Below are positions 48,341 to 57,882 of a stretch of DNA of 64,000 bases, piece by piece. Position 1 is the first letter of the stretch; each line of letters begins with the position of its first letter. The translations under genes were made by a program, and so were the position numbers. The notes under the pieces are model-generated. The model worked only from the letters and a program-made list of their open reading frames with translations, was not told where the DNA came from and did no database searches. Origin of the DNA: an uncultured Armatimonadetes bacterium (GTDB taxonomy: Bacteria > Armatimonadota > Hebobacteria > Hebobacterales > Hebobacteraceae). Where the stretch lies: positions 2,400,001-2,464,000 of the forward strand of contig OY970296.1 of assembly GCA_963716175.1 (NCBI GenBank), in the 5' to 3' direction.

Positions 48341-49281
48341 GCTGGATCGGGACCGTCATCGAGGTGGTGGTGATCCTGCTGGTTCTACTGAACCTCCCGT
48401 TCGGCCTCATCTGGGCCGAGCGGCGGCTGCTGGGCGGCTTCCAGGATCGCTATGGCCCCAACCGGGTCGGGCCGCAGGGCCTGCTCCAGCCGCTGGCGGA
48501 CGCGCTCAAGCTGATGATGAAAGAGGACTGGGTGCCATCGTTCGCCGACCGCTTCGTGTTCATCGTGGCCCCGGCGATCGTGGTGGTCACGGTGCTGCTG
48601 GTGTTCGGCACCATCCCGTTCAGCGCGCGTATCCGCGTCAGCGACCTCAGCATCGGCTTGCTCTTCTTCCTGGCCATGGCCTCGCTGGGCGTCTACAGCA
48701 TCGTGCTCGCCGGCTGGTCATCTAACAGCAAGTACTCGCTGGTCGGGGGCCTGCGCGCGGCCGCGCAGATGATCAGCTACGAGCTGCCCATGGGGCTGTC
48801 CGTGGTTGGCGTGGCCATGCTGGCAGGGTCGTTCCGCCTGGGCGACATTGTGGAAGCGCAGCGTCCCCTCTGGTTCTGCATCACCCAGCCCGTGGGGTTG
48901 GTCATCTTCCTCATCGCCACCCTCGCCGAGGCCCGTCGCATCCCCTTCGACCTGCCCGAGGCGGACAGCGAGCTGGTCAGCGGGTACCACACCGAGTACT
49001 CCAGCATGAAGTTCGCCCTTTTCTACCTCGGCGAGTACCTCGACATTACTTTGGTGGGCTGCATGACCACCGTGCTGTTCCTGGGTGGATGGCATGGACC
49101 TTGGCTGCCCGGGCTGATCTGGTTCGCGCTCAAGGTGGGAGCGGTGATCATCCTCTTCATCTGGGTGCGCAGCGTGCTTCCGCGCTTCCGCTTCGATCAG
49201 CTCATGGACTTCGGCTGGAAGGTGCTCCTGCCAGTCTCCCTCCTGAACATCCTGGTAACCGGCTGTCTCGCCCTGCCGTAG
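48337..49281 (+). CDS. nuoH: NADH-quinone oxidoreductase subunit H
   Basis: QDRYGPNRVGP and PFDLPEA.SELV.GY.TEYS. Confidence 0.95.
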   Translation: MSWIGTVIEVVVILLVLLNLPFGLIWAERRLLGGFQDRYGPNRVGPQGLLQPLADALKLMMKEDWVPSFADRFVFIVAPAIVVVTVLLVFGTIPFSARIRVSDLSIGLLFFLAMASLGVYSIVLAGWSSNSKYSLVGGLRAAAQMISYELPMGLSVVGVAMLAGSFRLGDIVEAQRPLWFCITQPVGLVIFLIATLAEARRIPFDLPEADSELVSGYHTEYSSMKFALFYLGEYLDITLVGCMTTVLFLGGWHGPWLPGLIWFALKVGAVIILFIWVRSVLPRFRFDQLMDFGWKVLLPVSLLNILVTGCLALP

Positions 49282-49289
49282 AGCGGGCT

Positions 49290-49315
49290 GTAGGGCGGGC
49301 GTGCCTATGCCCGCC
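49290..49315 (+). repeat. GTAG-type REP (class 2) between nuoH and nuoI
   Basis: GTAGGGCGGGC-N8-GCCCGCC. Confidence 0.75.
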
Positions 49316-49332
49316 GCAAGGAGAACGGAGCG

Positions 49333-49848
49333 GTGTGGTCAACACTGCGAACACTGTGGCTGGTGTTCTTGCATCTCTTCCGGAGGCGCGTCACCGTGCA
49401 GTATCCGGAGGAGAGGCCGGCGATCCCGCCCCGCTGGCGGGGCCGGATCATCCTGTCGCGCGACCCGGATGGGCAGGAGCGCTGCGTGGCCTGCTATCTC
49501 TGCTCGGCGGTCTGTCCGGTGGACTGCATCGCGCTCCAGGCCACAGAGGATGAGTCCGGCCGCCGCTATCCCGAGTGGTTCCGCATCAATTTCTCGCGCT
49601 GCATCTTCTGTGGCTTTTGCGAGGAGGCTTGCCCCACTTATGCCATCCAGCTAACCTCCGACTTCGAGATGGGCGAGTATGATCGCAGCAAGCTGGTCTA
49701 TGAGAAGGAGCACCTGCTGATCAGCGGGATGGGGAAGTACCCCGGGTACAACTTCTACCGCCAGGCCGGCGTCGCCATCGAGGGCAAGGATAAGGGGGAG
49801 GCCGTGGACGAGTACCCACCCGTGGACCTCAAGGAGCTGCTGCCGTGA
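49333..49848 (+). CDS. nuoI: NADH-quinone oxidoreductase subunit I
   Basis: Two CxxCxxCxxxCP motifs. Confidence 0.95.
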   Translation: MWSTLRTLWLVFLHLFRRRVTVQYPEERPAIPPRWRGRIILSRDPDGQERCVACYLCSAVCPVDCIALQATEDESGRRYPEWFRINFSRCIFCGFCEEACPTYAIQLTSDFEMGEYDRSKLVYEKEHLLISGMGKYPGYNFYRQAGVAIEGKDKGEAVDEYPPVDLKELLP

Positions 49849-50381
49849 ACCTGGTCTGCTATGCTGGCTGCGGCGCGGCCGTGCTCTCCGCGGTTATGGT
49901 CATCACGGAGCGGAACGCCATGCACGCGCTGCTCAACCTGATCCTGATGCTGCTCGCGTTGGGGCTGGTGTTCTTCACCCTGGGCGCGCCCTTCATCGCC
50001 GTGCTCCAGGTGGTGATCTACGCCGGCGCCATCATGGTGCTGTTTGTCTTCGTAGTTATGATGCTGAACCTGGGCCCGCCCGGTGAACGCCAGGAGCGGC
50101 GCTGGCTAGGGGCCGGCGTCTGGGGCGTTCCCATCGTCCTCACCGCGATGCTGTTGGCGCTGTCCGTCTACGCCCTGGTCAGTGCTGGCGGCGTCAGTGC
50201 TCCGGCCGGCGTGGTCAGCCCCAAGCAGGTGGGGCTATCGCTGTACCGCGAGTACGTGCTGGCGGTGGAGCTGGCCTCTCTGCTGCTGGTGGCCGGCCTG
50301 GTGGGCGCATTTCATCTGGCACCGCCCATCCGGCCGCAGACAGGCCCATCTTCCGATTCGGAGACGACCGCCCATGACTGA
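49845..50381 (+). CDS. nuoJ: NADH-quinone oxidoreductase subunit J
   Basis: [17 protein letters not shown]. Confidence 0.93.
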   Translation: MNLVCYAGCGAAVLSAVMVITERNAMHALLNLILMLLALGLVFFTLGAPFIAVLQVVIYAGAIMVLFVFVVMMLNLGPPGERQERRWLGAGVWGVPIVLTAMLLALSVYALVSAGGVSAPAGVVSPKQVGLSLYREYVLAVELASLLLVAGLVGAFHLAPPIRPQTGPSSDSETTAHD

Positions 50382-50691
50382 AGTAGCCACCATTCCCACC
50401 GCCGGGCTCCTGGGTGTCGCCCTGCTGCTCTTTCTCCTGGGTCTGCTGGGCGTGATGATCCGGCGCGACCTGCTGTTCGTGCTGATGTCCCTGGAGATCA
50501 TGCTCAATGCCTCTGCCCTGGCCTTCGTCGCGGCTGCCGCCAGGTGGCGGCAGCCCGATGGGCAGGTGATGGTAGTGTTCATCCTGGTGGCGGCTGCCGC
50601 CGAGGTCGGGGTTGGGCTCTCCCTGGTGCTACGTCTTTACCATCGGTTCACCACCGTGGATGGTGACGCCATCAGCCTGATGCGAGGTTAG
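50374..50691 (+). CDS. nuoK: NADH-quinone oxidoreductase subunit K
   Basis: SLEIMLNA and [10 protein letters not shown]. Confidence 0.93.
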   Translation: MTEVATIPTAGLLGVALLLFLLGLLGVMIRRDLLFVLMSLEIMLNASALAFVAAAARWRQPDGQVMVVFILVAAAAEVGVGLSLVLRLYHRFTTVDGDAISLMRG

Positions 50692-50697
50692 ACGGCG

Positions 50698-52566
50698 ATG
50701 CACTGGCTCTGGTTGGTGCCGGCTCTGCCCCTGGCGGGGGCGCTCTTGCTGGCGATCATCGGTGGCCTCATGCCCCGGCGGCTGGCCGGGGCCATCGGGT
50801 GCGCCTCCGTCGGCCTTTCCTGGCTTGCGAGCCTGTGGGTGGCAGCCGCTTACCTCACCCAGCCACCGGCCGGCGGGGCCTTCCGACAGCTGCTCTTCTC
50901 ATGGATCGAGGTGAGTTCTCTCCGTGTTCCTCTGGGCCTGTACCTGGATCAGCTTTCCCTGGTGATGCTGGTGACGATCACCTTCGTCAGCTTTCTCATC
51001 CACCTCTATTCCTTCGAGTTCATGAGCCGGGATGCCGACTACAGCCTCTTCTTCTGCTACCTGAACCTGTTCGTGGGCTCCATGCTCATTCTGGTCCTGG
51101 GCGACAGCCTGCTCTCGCTCTATCTCGGCTGGGAGGGCGTGGGCCTCTGCTCTTACCTGCTGATCGGATTCTGGCATCGGGACCGGAAGAATGGCCTCGC
51201 TGCCCAGAAGGCCTTCATCGTCACCCGCATCGGGGACACCTCGCTTGCGATCGGCCTCTTCCTGCTGTTCTGGCAGCTCCACACCCTCGACATCCAGCAG
51301 GCGATGACTTCGGTTCCGGCCGGCGCGTTGGCCACGGCCGCCGCCCTGCTCCTGCTCGGGGGTGCGGTGGGCAAGTCGGCGCAGATCCCCCTCCACACCT
51401 GGCTGCCTGACGCCATGGCCGGCCCCACCCCGGTCAGCGCTCTGATCCATGCGGCTACCATGGTGACCGCGGGCGTCTACCTGGTGGCCCGCACCCACCT
51501 GCTCTTCCGCGCCGCTCCGCTGGCGATGCCAGTGGTCGCGATTGTCGGCGCCGCTACCTTGCTCTATGCCGCCTGCAGTGCCTTGGCTCAGCGCGATATC
51601 AAGCGGGTGCTAGCTTATTCGACTATCAGCCAGATCGGCTATATGTTTCTCGCCCTCGGCGTGGGGGCCTGGTCTGCCGCCATCTTCCACTTCATGACTC
51701 ATGCCTTCTTCAAGGCCTTGCTCTTTCTCTCCGCGGGTATCGTCATCCAGGCGATGGGGGAGGAGCACGATATCTATCGCATGGGCGGCCTCTTCCGCAG
51801 GCTGCCCTGGGCGGCCTGGACCTTCCTCATCGGCGCCGCCTCCCTTTCCGCGCTGCCGCTGGTGACTGCTGGCTTCTACAGCAAAGATGCTATTATCTGG
51901 GCGAGCTGGGCCTCGCCGCGGGGTTCGCCTCTGCTCTGGGCGGTGGCCCTGTTCGCCAGTCTGCTCACCGGGGTCTACATCTTCCGGGTCTTCTTCCTGG
52001 TCTTCTTTGGGGCGCAGCAGAAGGAGGTGGAGAGGGCGCCGGGGCCTCTCATGAAGCTGGCGGTGGCGGCGCTCGCCTTCTTCTCGCTGACCGCCGGGTT
52101 TCTCGGAATGCCACCTGTCCTTGGAGGCTATCAGCCGCTCAGTCGCCTGCTCGCTCCCGCTCTGGGCTCTGTGGCCTTGCTGCAACCCTCCCGGGAAGGG
52201 GCGTTCCTCGCCATCTCCGCGGTGGAGACCCTGGTCGGGATTGGGCTGGGCTACCTCTTCTTCCTAAGACTCCGGGCCTGGCTGCCGGCCTTTGTCCGCA
52301 CCCCGAGTTACGACGCCGCGCGGCGATTCCTGCTCGCCGGGTGGGGGTTCGACTGGTGCTACGACCGGCTCATCGGGCGGCCGTACCTCCTCCTGTCGCG
52401 GCTGAATCGCGGCGACATGGTGGACCTGTTCTACACCGGTGTGGCCTTCCTGGCCTGGGGCGCGAATCGCCTGCTCTCGGCCACCGAGTCGGGCCGGGTC
52501 CGCAACTACGCCACCGGCCTGCTGTTGGGAGCAGTGCTGGTCACCTTCATCCTGCTCTTGCGGTAG
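50698..52566 (+). CDS. nuoL: NADH-quinone oxidoreductase subunit L
   Basis: GKSAQIPLHTWLPDAMAGPTPVSALIHAATMV and HAFFKALLF. Confidence 0.95.
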   Translation: MHWLWLVPALPLAGALLLAIIGGLMPRRLAGAIGCASVGLSWLASLWVAAAYLTQPPAGGAFRQLLFSWIEVSSLRVPLGLYLDQLSLVMLVTITFVSFLIHLYSFEFMSRDADYSLFFCYLNLFVGSMLILVLGDSLLSLYLGWEGVGLCSYLLIGFWHRDRKNGLAAQKAFIVTRIGDTSLAIGLFLLFWQLHTLDIQQAMTSVPAGALATAAALLLLGGAVGKSAQIPLHTWLPDAMAGPTPVSALIHAATMVTAGVYLVARTHLLFRAAPLAMPVVAIVGAATLLYAACSALAQRDIKRVLAYSTISQIGYMFLALGVGAWSAAIFHFMTHAFFKALLFLSAGIVIQAMGEEHDIYRMGGLFRRLPWAAWTFLIGAASLSALPLVTAGFYSKDAIIWASWASPRGSPLLWAVALFASLLTGVYIFRVFFLVFFGAQQKEVERAPGPLMKLAVAALAFFSLTAGFLGMPPVLGGYQPLSRLLAPALGSVALLQPSREGAFLAISAVETLVGIGLGYLFFLRLRAWLPAFVRTPSYDAARRFLLAGWGFDWCYDRLIGRPYLLLSRLNRGDMVDLFYTGVAFLAWGANRLLSATESGRVRNYATGLLLGAVLVTFILLLR

Positions 52567-52580
52567 AGATAGGGATTCGT

Positions 52581-54095
52581 ATGGTGCTAACCTGGCTGAT
52601 TGCGATCCCGTTCCTGGGTGGGCTCATTGCCTGGGCCAGCGCTCGGCGCCCTGGCCTGGCGCGGTGGGTAGCTCTGGCGGCCTGTGCGCTTCAGCTTCTG
52701 TGCGCCGTCACGTGTTGGGTGGAGGCCGCCTCCTCCTCGCACTCCGGCCCGGCCTTCCTGGAGCAGCGCGCGGCCTGGATCCCGGCCTTTGGCGTCAGCT
52801 ATCACTTGGCGATGGATGGGCTCAGCTTCCTCCTGGTGCTGCTGACAGGACTGCTCGGCATGGTTGCAGTGGCCAGCTCCTGGCGGGAGGTCTCCTCCCG
52901 CGTGGGCGCATTCCATTTCTCTCTGCTCGCCGTAGTCACTGGGGTCACCGGCGTTTTCCTCGCCCGGGATCTGCTGCTCTTTTACTTCTTCTGGGAGCTG
53001 ATGCTGGTCCCGATGTACTTCCTCATCGGCCTCTGGGGACACGAACGGCGGATGTATGCCTCCGTGAAGTTCTTCATCTTCACTTTCGTGGGCAGCTTGC
53101 TCATGCTGGCCGCCATCCTGGGCCTGGTCTTCCTGCACGCGCGCGCCACTTCGGTGCTCACCTTCGATCTCCCCGCCCTACTCGGGACCCGGCTCTCGCC
53201 CTCCGCCGCGGCCTGGCTGATGCTGGGCTTCTTCCTGGCTTTTGCGGTGAAGCTGCCCGCGGTTCCGCTGCATCCCTGGCTGGCCGATGCTCACACCGAG
53301 GCCCCCACCGGGGGCAGCGTCTTGCTCGCCGGGCTCCTGCTGAAGACCGGCGCCTACGGCATGCTGCGCTTCGGCATCCCTCTCTTCCCCCAGGCCTCGC
53401 TCGCCTTCGCGCCCATCGCCTGTCTTCTGGGCGTGATCGGCATCCTCTACGGCGCAGTGCTGGCCTTTGCCCAGACCGACCTCAAGCGCATGGTCGCTTA
53501 CAGCAGCATCAGCCACATGGGATTCGTGCTGCTGGGGGCCTATGCGGGGACCGAGCTGGCGCTGCAGGGCGCGGTGATGCAGATCATCTGCCACGGCGTG
53601 AGCACGGGCGCGCTCTTCGTGCTGGCCGGCCTCATCCAGGAGCGCTGCCACACCCGCGACCTGGCGCGGCTGGGCGGCCTCTGGCAGACTTCGCCCCGCC
53701 TGGGTGGTTTCACCATGTTCTTCGCTCTCGCCGCTCTCGGTCTGCCTGGGATGGGCAACTTCGTGGCCGAGTTCCTGGTGCTGCTCGGCGCCTTTCAGCT
53801 CTTCCCGGTGCTGGCGATGGTGGGCGCGGGCGGCTTCATCCTGTCCACGGTCTACGCACTCCGCCTGGTGCAGGAGTCAGTGCACGGGCCGAACCGAGGA
53901 CTCTGGCACCTGCCCGATCTGTCAGCACGAGAGCTGACAACGCTGGGAGTGCTCGCACTCATCATCCTGTGGCTCGGCTTCTGGCCCCGCCCGGTGTTCC
54001 GGATCGCCCATCCCTCGTTGGCGCAGGCGGCACGCGCGGTCTCCGGCTCGGTGGTGATGGCTACCGGGGCCGCTGGGCCGGGAGAGGAGCGGTAG
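52581..54095 (+). CDS. nuoM: NADH-quinone oxidoreductase subunit M
   Basis: FWELMLVPMY, HTEAPTGGS and AYSSISHMG. Confidence 0.95.
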   Translation: MVLTWLIAIPFLGGLIAWASARRPGLARWVALAACALQLLCAVTCWVEAASSSHSGPAFLEQRAAWIPAFGVSYHLAMDGLSFLLVLLTGLLGMVAVASSWREVSSRVGAFHFSLLAVVTGVTGVFLARDLLLFYFFWELMLVPMYFLIGLWGHERRMYASVKFFIFTFVGSLLMLAAILGLVFLHARATSVLTFDLPALLGTRLSPSAAAWLMLGFFLAFAVKLPAVPLHPWLADAHTEAPTGGSVLLAGLLLKTGAYGMLRFGIPLFPQASLAFAPIACLLGVIGILYGAVLAFAQTDLKRMVAYSSISHMGFVLLGAYAGTELALQGAVMQIICHGVSTGALFVLAGLIQERCHTRDLARLGGLWQTSPRLGGFTMFFALAALGLPGMGNFVAEFLVLLGAFQLFPVLAMVGAGGFILSTVYALRLVQESVHGPNRGLWHLPDLSARELTTLGVLALIILWLGFWPRPVFRIAHPSLAQAARAVSGSVVMATGAAGPGEER

Positions 54096-54096
54096 C

Positions 54097-55602
54097 ATGA
54101 CCGCCCCCGACCTGCTGGTCTTGCTACCGGCTATCATCACCGGCTACGGCGCGGTGGTGGTGCTGCTCGCCGGCGCCTACTGGCGGAACCATTCCGGGGT
54201 GGCCCTGCTCTCACTCGCCGTCCTGGCCGGGGCCTTTCTTTCCATCTTCGCGGCCCTGCCTCTCGCTCCGCGGCAGGTGACTCCACTCCTGCACGTTGAC
54301 GTCTTCGCTCTCTGCTACATGGGACTGTTCCTGCTGGGAGCCTTCGGCATCGCCATCTTTTCGCACGACTACCTGCGTTGGGCTCGTGCTGGCAGCGAGA
54401 AGTACTACGGCCTGCTGCTGCTGGCCACGCTCGGCATGCTGGTGCTGGCCGCCAGCAGTCACTTCGTCTCCTTCTTCCTCGCCCTCGAAACCCTGAGTGT
54501 CTCTCTCTACGCGCTGATCGGATACACGCTCCGGCGGCCCACCTCCCTGGAAGCCAGCCTGAAGTACCTCGTGCTGGCAGGGGTGGCGCTGGCCTTTCTC
54601 CTCTTTGGCATGGCGCTCATCTACTCGCAGTCCGGGACCATGGATTTCGAACGGTTGGGCCGCAGCTTGCCTCCTGCCCCCTTGGGGTCCTCTGGTCTTG
54701 CCGCTCTGCTGCCCCTGGGGCTGGGTCTGATCCTGGTGGGCTTTGGTTTCAAGCTGGCCGCAGTTCCCTTCCACACCTGGGCCCCTGACGTCTACCAGGG
54801 CGCGCCTGCCCCCGTGAGCGCGCTGGTGGCCACCGGGTCCAAGGCCGCCATGTTCGCGCTGCTGATCCGCTTCGCCTCCGTGGCCGCCCTGCGGGAACGC
54901 GCGTCGAGCCTCCTGCTCCTGGAGGTTCTCGCCATCCTCACCATGTTCGGCGGCAACCTCTTGGCCCTGGTCCAGGGGAACATCAAGCGGTTGCTAGCTT
55001 ATTCCTCCATCGCTCACATGGGTTACCTGCTGATCCCTCTCCTCGCCGGCGGGGCCCAGGCTGTCTCTTCCATCGGCTTCTACTTCGCCTCCTACTTCAT
55101 CGCCACTATCGGTGCCTTCGGGGTGATCTCAGTGCTCTCCGCACAGGGCAAGGAGTTGGAGAACCTGGAGGACTACCGAGGGCTGGGCTCGCGCCGGCCC
55201 GGCCTGGCCGCGGTGTTGGGCCTGACGATGCTCTCGCTGGCCGGTATCCCTCTCACCGTTGGCTTCATCGCCAAGCTCTATATCTTCGCGGCCGCCGCCC
55301 GCGCCGGCCTGTGGTTCCTGTTGGTCATCGGCCTGCTCAACAGCGGCCTCGCCGCTTACTACTACCTGCGCGTGCTGGCCGCGCTCTATCTGCTACCCCC
55401 TGCCGCTGCGGGCGAAGGTGGACGCGCGGCCACGCTCAGCGTAAGCTGGCCGTCGGTGCAGGTGGGTTTGCCCGCCGGCCGTGTGGTGGGCAGCGCCATT
55501 GGGCTGGCCGTGCTCGCGCTGCTAACCATTTTGTTCGGGATCTATCCCACCCCCCTCATCGCTGTCGCCCAGCACACTTCCGCGCTGGGGCTCCTGCCCT
55601 GA
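54097..55602 (+). CDS. nuoN: NADH-quinone oxidoreductase subunit N
   Basis: FKLAAVPFHTWAPDVYQGAP and KRLLAYSSIAHMGY. Confidence 0.95.
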   Translation: MTAPDLLVLLPAIITGYGAVVVLLAGAYWRNHSGVALLSLAVLAGAFLSIFAALPLAPRQVTPLLHVDVFALCYMGLFLLGAFGIAIFSHDYLRWARAGSEKYYGLLLLATLGMLVLAASSHFVSFFLALETLSVSLYALIGYTLRRPTSLEASLKYLVLAGVALAFLLFGMALIYSQSGTMDFERLGRSLPPAPLGSSGLAALLPLGLGLILVGFGFKLAAVPFHTWAPDVYQGAPAPVSALVATGSKAAMFALLIRFASVAALRERASSLLLLEVLAILTMFGGNLLALVQGNIKRLLAYSSIAHMGYLLIPLLAGGAQAVSSIGFYFASYFIATIGAFGVISVLSAQGKELENLEDYRGLGSRRPGLAAVLGLTMLSLAGIPLTVGFIAKLYIFAAAARAGLWFLLVIGLLNSGLAAYYYLRVLAALYLLPPAAAGEGGRAATLSVSWPSVQVGLPAGRVVGSAIGLAVLALLTILFGIYPTPLIAVAQHTSALGLLP

Positions 55603-55672
55603 AGGAGAGTTCGCTCCCATACGAAACATTAGCTGGCCGCCGCCAACCATCATGTGATCCAGGAGGTCAACA

Positions 55673-56512
55673 GTGTCTCAGATGCCATTGGGTGTAGTTC
55701 TGGCCGTGGGCGGAGATTTCGCCGATCGCCTCCATCGCCTCCAGCAGGCTGGGTTCGCCACCATGCAGCTTTACTATCCCCCCCGGGAGTACCTGGCGGA
55801 GCCCGGGCGGAGCGAGCTTAAGCGCCTGATCGCGGATTCCGGGTTCACGGTCACCTCGGTCGTCTCCCATCATTCCGGTGAGAGCTATGCTGATGTCGCG
55901 GCCGTTCGGCGGACCGTGGGCCTGCTGCCGCGCGAGACTCGCGCCGCCCGCGTGGAGGCCACCAAGCGCGCCGCCGATTATGCCCGCGAGATCGGCTGCA
56001 AGTTCGTCTTCGCCCACATCGGCTATGTCCCCGAGGACCGGGGTGACCCCGACTACCAGGGCCTGGTGGATGTAACCCGAGAGATCTGCGACTACTTTCA
56101 GTCTCAGCAGGTTGGGTTCAACCTGGAGACCGGCCAGGAGCCGGCCGCCTTCCTGGCCGAGTTCATCCGGGAGGTGGGGCGGGACAACCTGGGGATCAAC
56201 TTCGACCCTGCCAATATCATCCTCTACGGGATGGGCGACCCGATCGCGGCCCTGGATGTGGTCGGCAAGTGGGTAAGAGGCGTCCACTGCAAGGACGGCG
56301 CTCCGCCCACCGCCGGGGGCCAGCTCGGCACCGAGCAACCGCTGGGTCAGGGCCAGGTCGGCATCCAGCGCTTCGTCGCCAAGCTCAAGCAGATCGGCTA
56401 TTCCGGCCCGCTTACCATAGAGCGGGAGATCCCCGGCGAGCAGCAGATGCAGGACTTCTTCGCCGCCAAGAAGCTGCTGGAAGGGATCAAGGCCAAGCTG
56501 GGGATTGGCTAG
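55673..56512 (+). CDS. Sugar phosphate isomerase/epimerase (xylose isomerase-like TIM barrel)
   Basis: LETGQE, NFDPAN, VHCKDG and LTIERE metal motifs. Confidence 0.9.
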   Translation: MSQMPLGVVLAVGGDFADRLHRLQQAGFATMQLYYPPREYLAEPGRSELKRLIADSGFTVTSVVSHHSGESYADVAAVRRTVGLLPRETRAARVEATKRAADYAREIGCKFVFAHIGYVPEDRGDPDYQGLVDVTREICDYFQSQQVGFNLETGQEPAAFLAEFIREVGRDNLGINFDPANIILYGMGDPIAALDVVGKWVRGVHCKDGAPPTAGGQLGTEQPLGQGQVGIQRFVAKLKQIGYSGPLTIEREIPGEQQMQDFFAAKKLLEGIKAKLGIG

Positions 56513-56515
56513 TTC

Positions 56516-57841
56516 ATGGCGGTTGTGCCTTTCACTTTCCGCGTCACCGATGGCTGGCTGCGCGATCTCGCCTCCGAGCCTACGCCCCGGGACGCCTGGC
56601 CCTGCATTCGCTGGGACGACCGACTGCTGGCCGATCAGCTCCGCTTCCTCGATGTGCAGGCCGAGCTGGGCGTGGAGTACAATCTGGCCTGGGGCCTGTT
56701 CGTAGCTCGCTCCTGGCCGGTGCCCTTCGAGAACTCCATTGATGCTGAGCGTGAGAGACGGCTCCGCACGTTTGTAGACGGGGCCCACGCCCGCGACCTC
56801 AAGGTGCTCTCCGGGACCGGAGTGTACTCCTGGGGCTTCGATGAGGTCATCGCCAAGGTCCCCGGTGTCTCGGCCGGACACGCGCAGGCCATGTGCCGGT
56901 TCAGCCCGGAGGCCTGGGACTGGCAGCGGCGGGTCCTGGACTTCCTGATGGACCCGCGCTGGGGCCTGGACGGAATCAGCATGCAGTCCGCCGACCAGGG
57001 CCGGTGCGACTGCCCGAGGTGCAGCCAGTTTTCGCCCGCAGAGCATCATGCCGAGCTGCTGGTGCGCTGCGCCGAGCATGTCCGCGGGGGCCGGCCGGAC
57101 TGGGTGATCGGCCAGGCTTCCTGGGGCTTGCGACTGGATTCGCCAACCGACTTCGAGCATCTGAGGCGCGTCTCGCAGGTGGTTGACTATATGGTCGAAG
57201 TGAGAGAGCGCTCGGCCGACTGCGGCCGGCGCGCGGAGATCGTGAAGGGCCTGGCTTGCGCCTTCGGCTCAGTGGGAGGCGTGTTCGTGGAGCCGCCCCA
57301 GCACTGGCATCGCCTGCGGTGGTTCCTGCCTTGCGGCCTGGGTTCGGCCCGCGCTCTGGCGCGGCTCTGGGCGGATGGCGGGCGGGCCTGCGAGTACTTC
57401 TACCGGCCCTTCGCCAGCCCGGTGGAGGAGGTCTCCTGGCGCGTGGGCGCGCGCCTGCTGTCGTCACCTCTGACCCCGCCTGAGGCCGCGCTGCGTCAGG
57501 CAGTCGAGTCGGTGTATCGCACGAGCGGCGCCGCCGGTGAGGCGCTGGCAGATTGGTTTGCCCGCGGCGAGGAGGCCTACTTCTCCCGCGCCGACTTTGC
57601 AGTCGGCCAGGGTTCACTTTCGCTAGAGCCCCTGATCTGGGAGCAGGACCCGGCCGCTCCCGGCCCGCCTGTCTATCTGACTAACCGCATGACCGCGCCG
57701 GCGCAGGCGGACTACGCGCGCGATTTGGAGAGGCTGCGGACCGAGCTGGAGCGAATGGCGATCCCGAATCGGGAGGCCAAGCAGAAGACCATCTCCTGCA
57801 TTGATGGCACCCTGGGCGAGATCGCTGGTCTGCCTCTGTAG
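56516..57841 (+). CDS. Hypothetical protein, possibly a glycosidase-like TIM barrel
   Basis: 441-aa ORF in operon; D.GRCDCPRC motif; no family recognised with confidence. Confidence 0.65.
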   Translation: MAVVPFTFRVTDGWLRDLASEPTPRDAWPCIRWDDRLLADQLRFLDVQAELGVEYNLAWGLFVARSWPVPFENSIDAERERRLRTFVDGAHARDLKVLSGTGVYSWGFDEVIAKVPGVSAGHAQAMCRFSPEAWDWQRRVLDFLMDPRWGLDGISMQSADQGRCDCPRCSQFSPAEHHAELLVRCAEHVRGGRPDWVIGQASWGLRLDSPTDFEHLRRVSQVVDYMVEVRERSADCGRRAEIVKGLACAFGSVGGVFVEPPQHWHRLRWFLPCGLGSARALARLWADGGRACEYFYRPFASPVEEVSWRVGARLLSSPLTPPEAALRQAVESVYRTSGAAGEALADWFARGEEAYFSRADFAVGQGSLSLEPLIWEQDPAAPGPPVYLTNRMTAPAQADYARDLERLRTELERMAIPNREAKQKTISCIDGTLGEIAGLPL

Positions 57842-57863
57842 GGCGGGCATACCCAGGCCCGCC
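57838..57863 (+). repeat. GTAG-type REP (class 2) overlapping a stop codon
   Basis: GTAGGGCGGGC-N8-GCCCGCC. Confidence 0.75.
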
Positions 57864-57882
57864 GCTCTGGAGAGGAGCGCGG

